From positions 62,001 to 126,000 of the forward strand of contig MCFE01000153.1 in the NCBI GenBank assembly GCA_002104905.1: DNA of 64,000 bases, in the 5' to 3' direction. This stretch comes from Basidiobolus meristosporus CBS 931.73 (Eukaryota; Fungi; Basidiobolomycota). This document shows, piece after piece, positions 61,059-64,000 of the stretch (the stretch's first letter is position 1; each line of letters begins with the position of its first letter). The translations under genes were made by a program, and so were the position numbers. The notes below the pieces were generated by a model. The model had not been told where the DNA came from. It was given only the letters and a program-made list of their open reading frames with translations, and did not search any database.

Positions 61059-63352
61059 AACGTGAAGAAGTTTCGCAGCAACCTCATGCCAGTGCACGTA
61101 TATATCTAGATCGTCGGCCCGATCACCATCAAATCAGGTGGTTCACGAAACGTCCCTACCATTTCTGACATTCAGTGTATATTTGAATATTCTAGAGCCA
61201 TTAAGGGCGGCCTAATCGTGCGTTGAATCCGATAGAAAATAGCGATTTGTAGTTCGTGGATAAATAGGTGATACTGTAACTCTATTCTGCATGCTTTTCC
61301 ATAACCGAATTATCGATAAGTCTGGTCACAATGTCGACAAATAGGGCACCTTAATATATATTTCTGGAAAGCTTCCCATGGTTAAGACTTGACGGGAATA
61401 TTATGCGCCCTTGAGGCAGAGACATCACACCCCTCAGTGTCACCATGACCGTGAGATACACCCATCAAGAGCACTTCCCACTAGCCGCCAGCTCGCCGGT
61501 TAGCTACAGATACGCTTGACTACTTGCGAATTGGTGGTCTCCAGCTGAGGATCTTCTCCAGCCTAGATCCAGGCTGATATCGAGTTTGATCTACCACGAT
61601 TGTTGTGGGTTTGATCCAATCCGTACAGGAGTATTGGGCTAGATTCAATCTTTTATCGTCAGACACTTACGCAATGTATATCTGCTATGCTCGAATTTCC
61701 AGATGCTGCTTTCGGCACTTCTATTGGTATGCTCCAGTCTCCCACGAAAATAAAAACATTCATGTAGCCCAGCATGTATCTTCATATGTGCTGTAGCACT
61801 GAGCCGATTGTTTTGGTGTCTTGCAGTTACTATATACGAATGCGGGCGGGTTTTGCGCATCGTCTACGTCAGATGGCCAAGGTAATTTGCGTGGGCTGGA
61901 TTACAATTCTGAAAGCTGATTCAGCTAGTTTTGGGTTGACAGTTTCATGTGTTTCAGAGCGTTGGAATGTTACTATGCGGTCCGTGTGGCCAGATGGATG
62001 TGAGGTTCTGAAATGGCTAATAGAAACGGGCTCCAGTATGTGTTTCACCAGCGCCATTCCAATTTAGTACCAAGAGGGGTTCTGTCTCACTTCGAAGCAA
62101 CCCAGACCCAACCGTGGCGTAGAAATACTTGACATAAAGCTAGAGGCCTATTGATAGGTTGAGGAGGATCGCTGAAATGTCGACACTTCCATAATCATGG
62201 TGCTTCCTGTGACAGGTGTTCCGCCTATTCATTTCAATTGTGTTGCAGAGCCTAGCTCCGCGCTTCAAATTCCGGGATTAGTAAGGGCTACCTGCATCAT
62301 CCCAGCTCTGGTGATTTGTGGGGGACCGTATTCCCAAGGAATCAACAAATAGCTGCAAATGGGAGGGGTCTGTGCCAGAATCAGACCGAGAAAGAACGGA
62401 TCAAATGCAGTGGCCACTGAATCAAAAGATCCACATCGGTGTTAGACGTCCGTCTTAAAAGGAAACATCTGGATTTCACCGACTCCAACACAATGTGCTT
62501 TGCGAATAATTGTCCATGTAACATCATCACTTGGAATGGGTACCGTGTCCGTAATGAGCACGTTGCCTCAGAACTATGCTTTGCCCCGGAATCTTGCCAA
62601 ACAACCAGTCATGTATCACTGATGATATCATCGCCAGTTTTCCACACACACTCGTAGATCGAAACGTCTCCTTGGCTACAACAAATGATCGGCCACATCA
62701 ATGCTCCTTTACTGCCCATTTTCAAGCTGAATCTACGCGATGCCGTGACCATAGTGTAATGTTCAGCCAGCGAGGGGGTTCGGGACATCTAAAGACAACG
62801 CCATCATGCTGTGCGAGAAGGCTGTATATACCGGATTTAGCCTGATATTGCTTGTTGCTCAATGCCACTCCCGTTGTGGGTCAGTGCTTCTGACCTGTCA
62901 GGTGACAAAGCAGTAGCAGATGCTGAGCACCAGCTCTCACAATGGCTTGCTAACATGGACCGTGGTCCCACGTCTGGCTCCTGCTCAGATGACCATTCTT
63001 GGATGATTTCAAACCGGGGTGATCCGAGTTGAAGAACTGTTGGGTGTGGTATTGGTTGTATACAATTTTATCCAGCGATTGATAAAGTCAAGCAAGTAAA
63101 TCAAATAGCAATGAGGCAATCGATGAAATATCAAGATATTACATGTATAAGGGCGTGGTAAGCTGCCTATACTGGTTCATAAAAGTCAGAAAATATACAT
63201 CAGCGGACGCTGGATGGGAGCTTCAGAAAGCGTTGATACGGCAGCTTTGCCAAAGTGTTCCTTGCCAGGTAGATTACACCTCTCAATAGAAAAACAGATC
63301 CTTCTCACCGCTCCTCAGAGCGTTAAACATGTGGGGCCATTATTACAAGTAG

Positions 63353-64000
63353 TTAGTTTTTTCGGAAGCACTCCAACTCCGCATCATCCCAGCTAAAGAA
63401 CTTCCCATGGTGCTGGCGCGGAACCCCGTCAGTCCCAAGCTTGGCCAGAACAAAGCCCACTTCGTCTGGCCTCACCAAGATATTGTTCCGCTTCATGGAT
63501 ATAAATCCATTGAAATCATTTCGTGACATATGTTTGGATCCTGAAGAAATGCTTTAGTAAGGCTTCTGCGAAAGTAACGCATAATTATTGGCAATGTTTA
63601 CCCGTCTCCCGAACCAATTTTTGGAAATCTGTATCAACTGCACCCGGATGTATCGCTGTGCATCGAACCTCGGGCTCTTCGATGGCTAACCCGTAGGTGA
63701 ACATGTTAAGTGCAGCCTTGGAGCTGTTCGCAAGAATATTCAAAGATGCCTAGTGAGATTATGCTCTGCTGCTTTATGTGGTTATCACTCACCAGCAATA
63801 TGCTCCCCAGCCAGGAAAAGCGATCATGGCTGCTCCGGAGCTGACCATTATACAGCTCCCTCGAGATTTTCTCAGTTCTGGTAAGGCCTTTTGCACTAGA
63901 CTGACGACAGAAAAGAAATTCAACTCGAATAATCTGAGGAACGCTTCGCTGTCAGTATTGTTCCCATTCAACGTAAGGACACGGACATGTCTCGTTTCTT
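63353..64000 (-). CDS. Short-chain dehydrogenase/reductase, 3' part (5' end lies beyond the window)
   Basis: FELNFFS, MVSSGAA, GWGAYC|..SKAAL (YxxSKA split by an intron), IHPGAVDT; ends GKFFSWDDAELECFRKN*. Confidence 0.85.

Overview
Eukaryotic, almost certainly fungal, genomic DNA in two sharply separated compartments. The ORF track uses alternative GTG/TTG/CTG starts, so many of its 'M' residues are not real starts. (1) 1-~46,640 is a graveyard of nested, decayed transposons that is almost free of CpG. It holds several Ty1/Copia and Ty3/Gypsy LTR retrotransposons with recognisable LTRs, PBSs and TSDs, a decayed CACTA/Transposase_21-like transposase, and a family of non-autonomous TIR elements ending TAGACTTGTT...AACAAGTCTA. 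One TIR copy is a 736-bp near-perfect foldback. (2) ~46,650-64,000 is a CpG-normal gene block with short introns: a FIT/Scs3 lipid-droplet protein, a choline/ethanolamine phosphotransferase, a conserved hypothetical protein, CENP-C/Mif2, a secreted S28 serine peptidase, dihydroxyacetone kinase and a partial short-chain dehydrogenase. The pattern would fit a TE-inflated early-diverging fungus such as Entomophthoromycotina, but that is inference only. Strongest leads: repeat-restricted CpG erasure with a very sharp border; retroelement ORFs that are CpG-free yet still open; the unclassified TIR family with exact 10-bp-phased TGCC motifs and a possible 1-bp TSD; and a ~400-codon extra ORF of unknown function after the integrase of the youngest Gypsy. 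All counts and identities were read by eye and are approximate.
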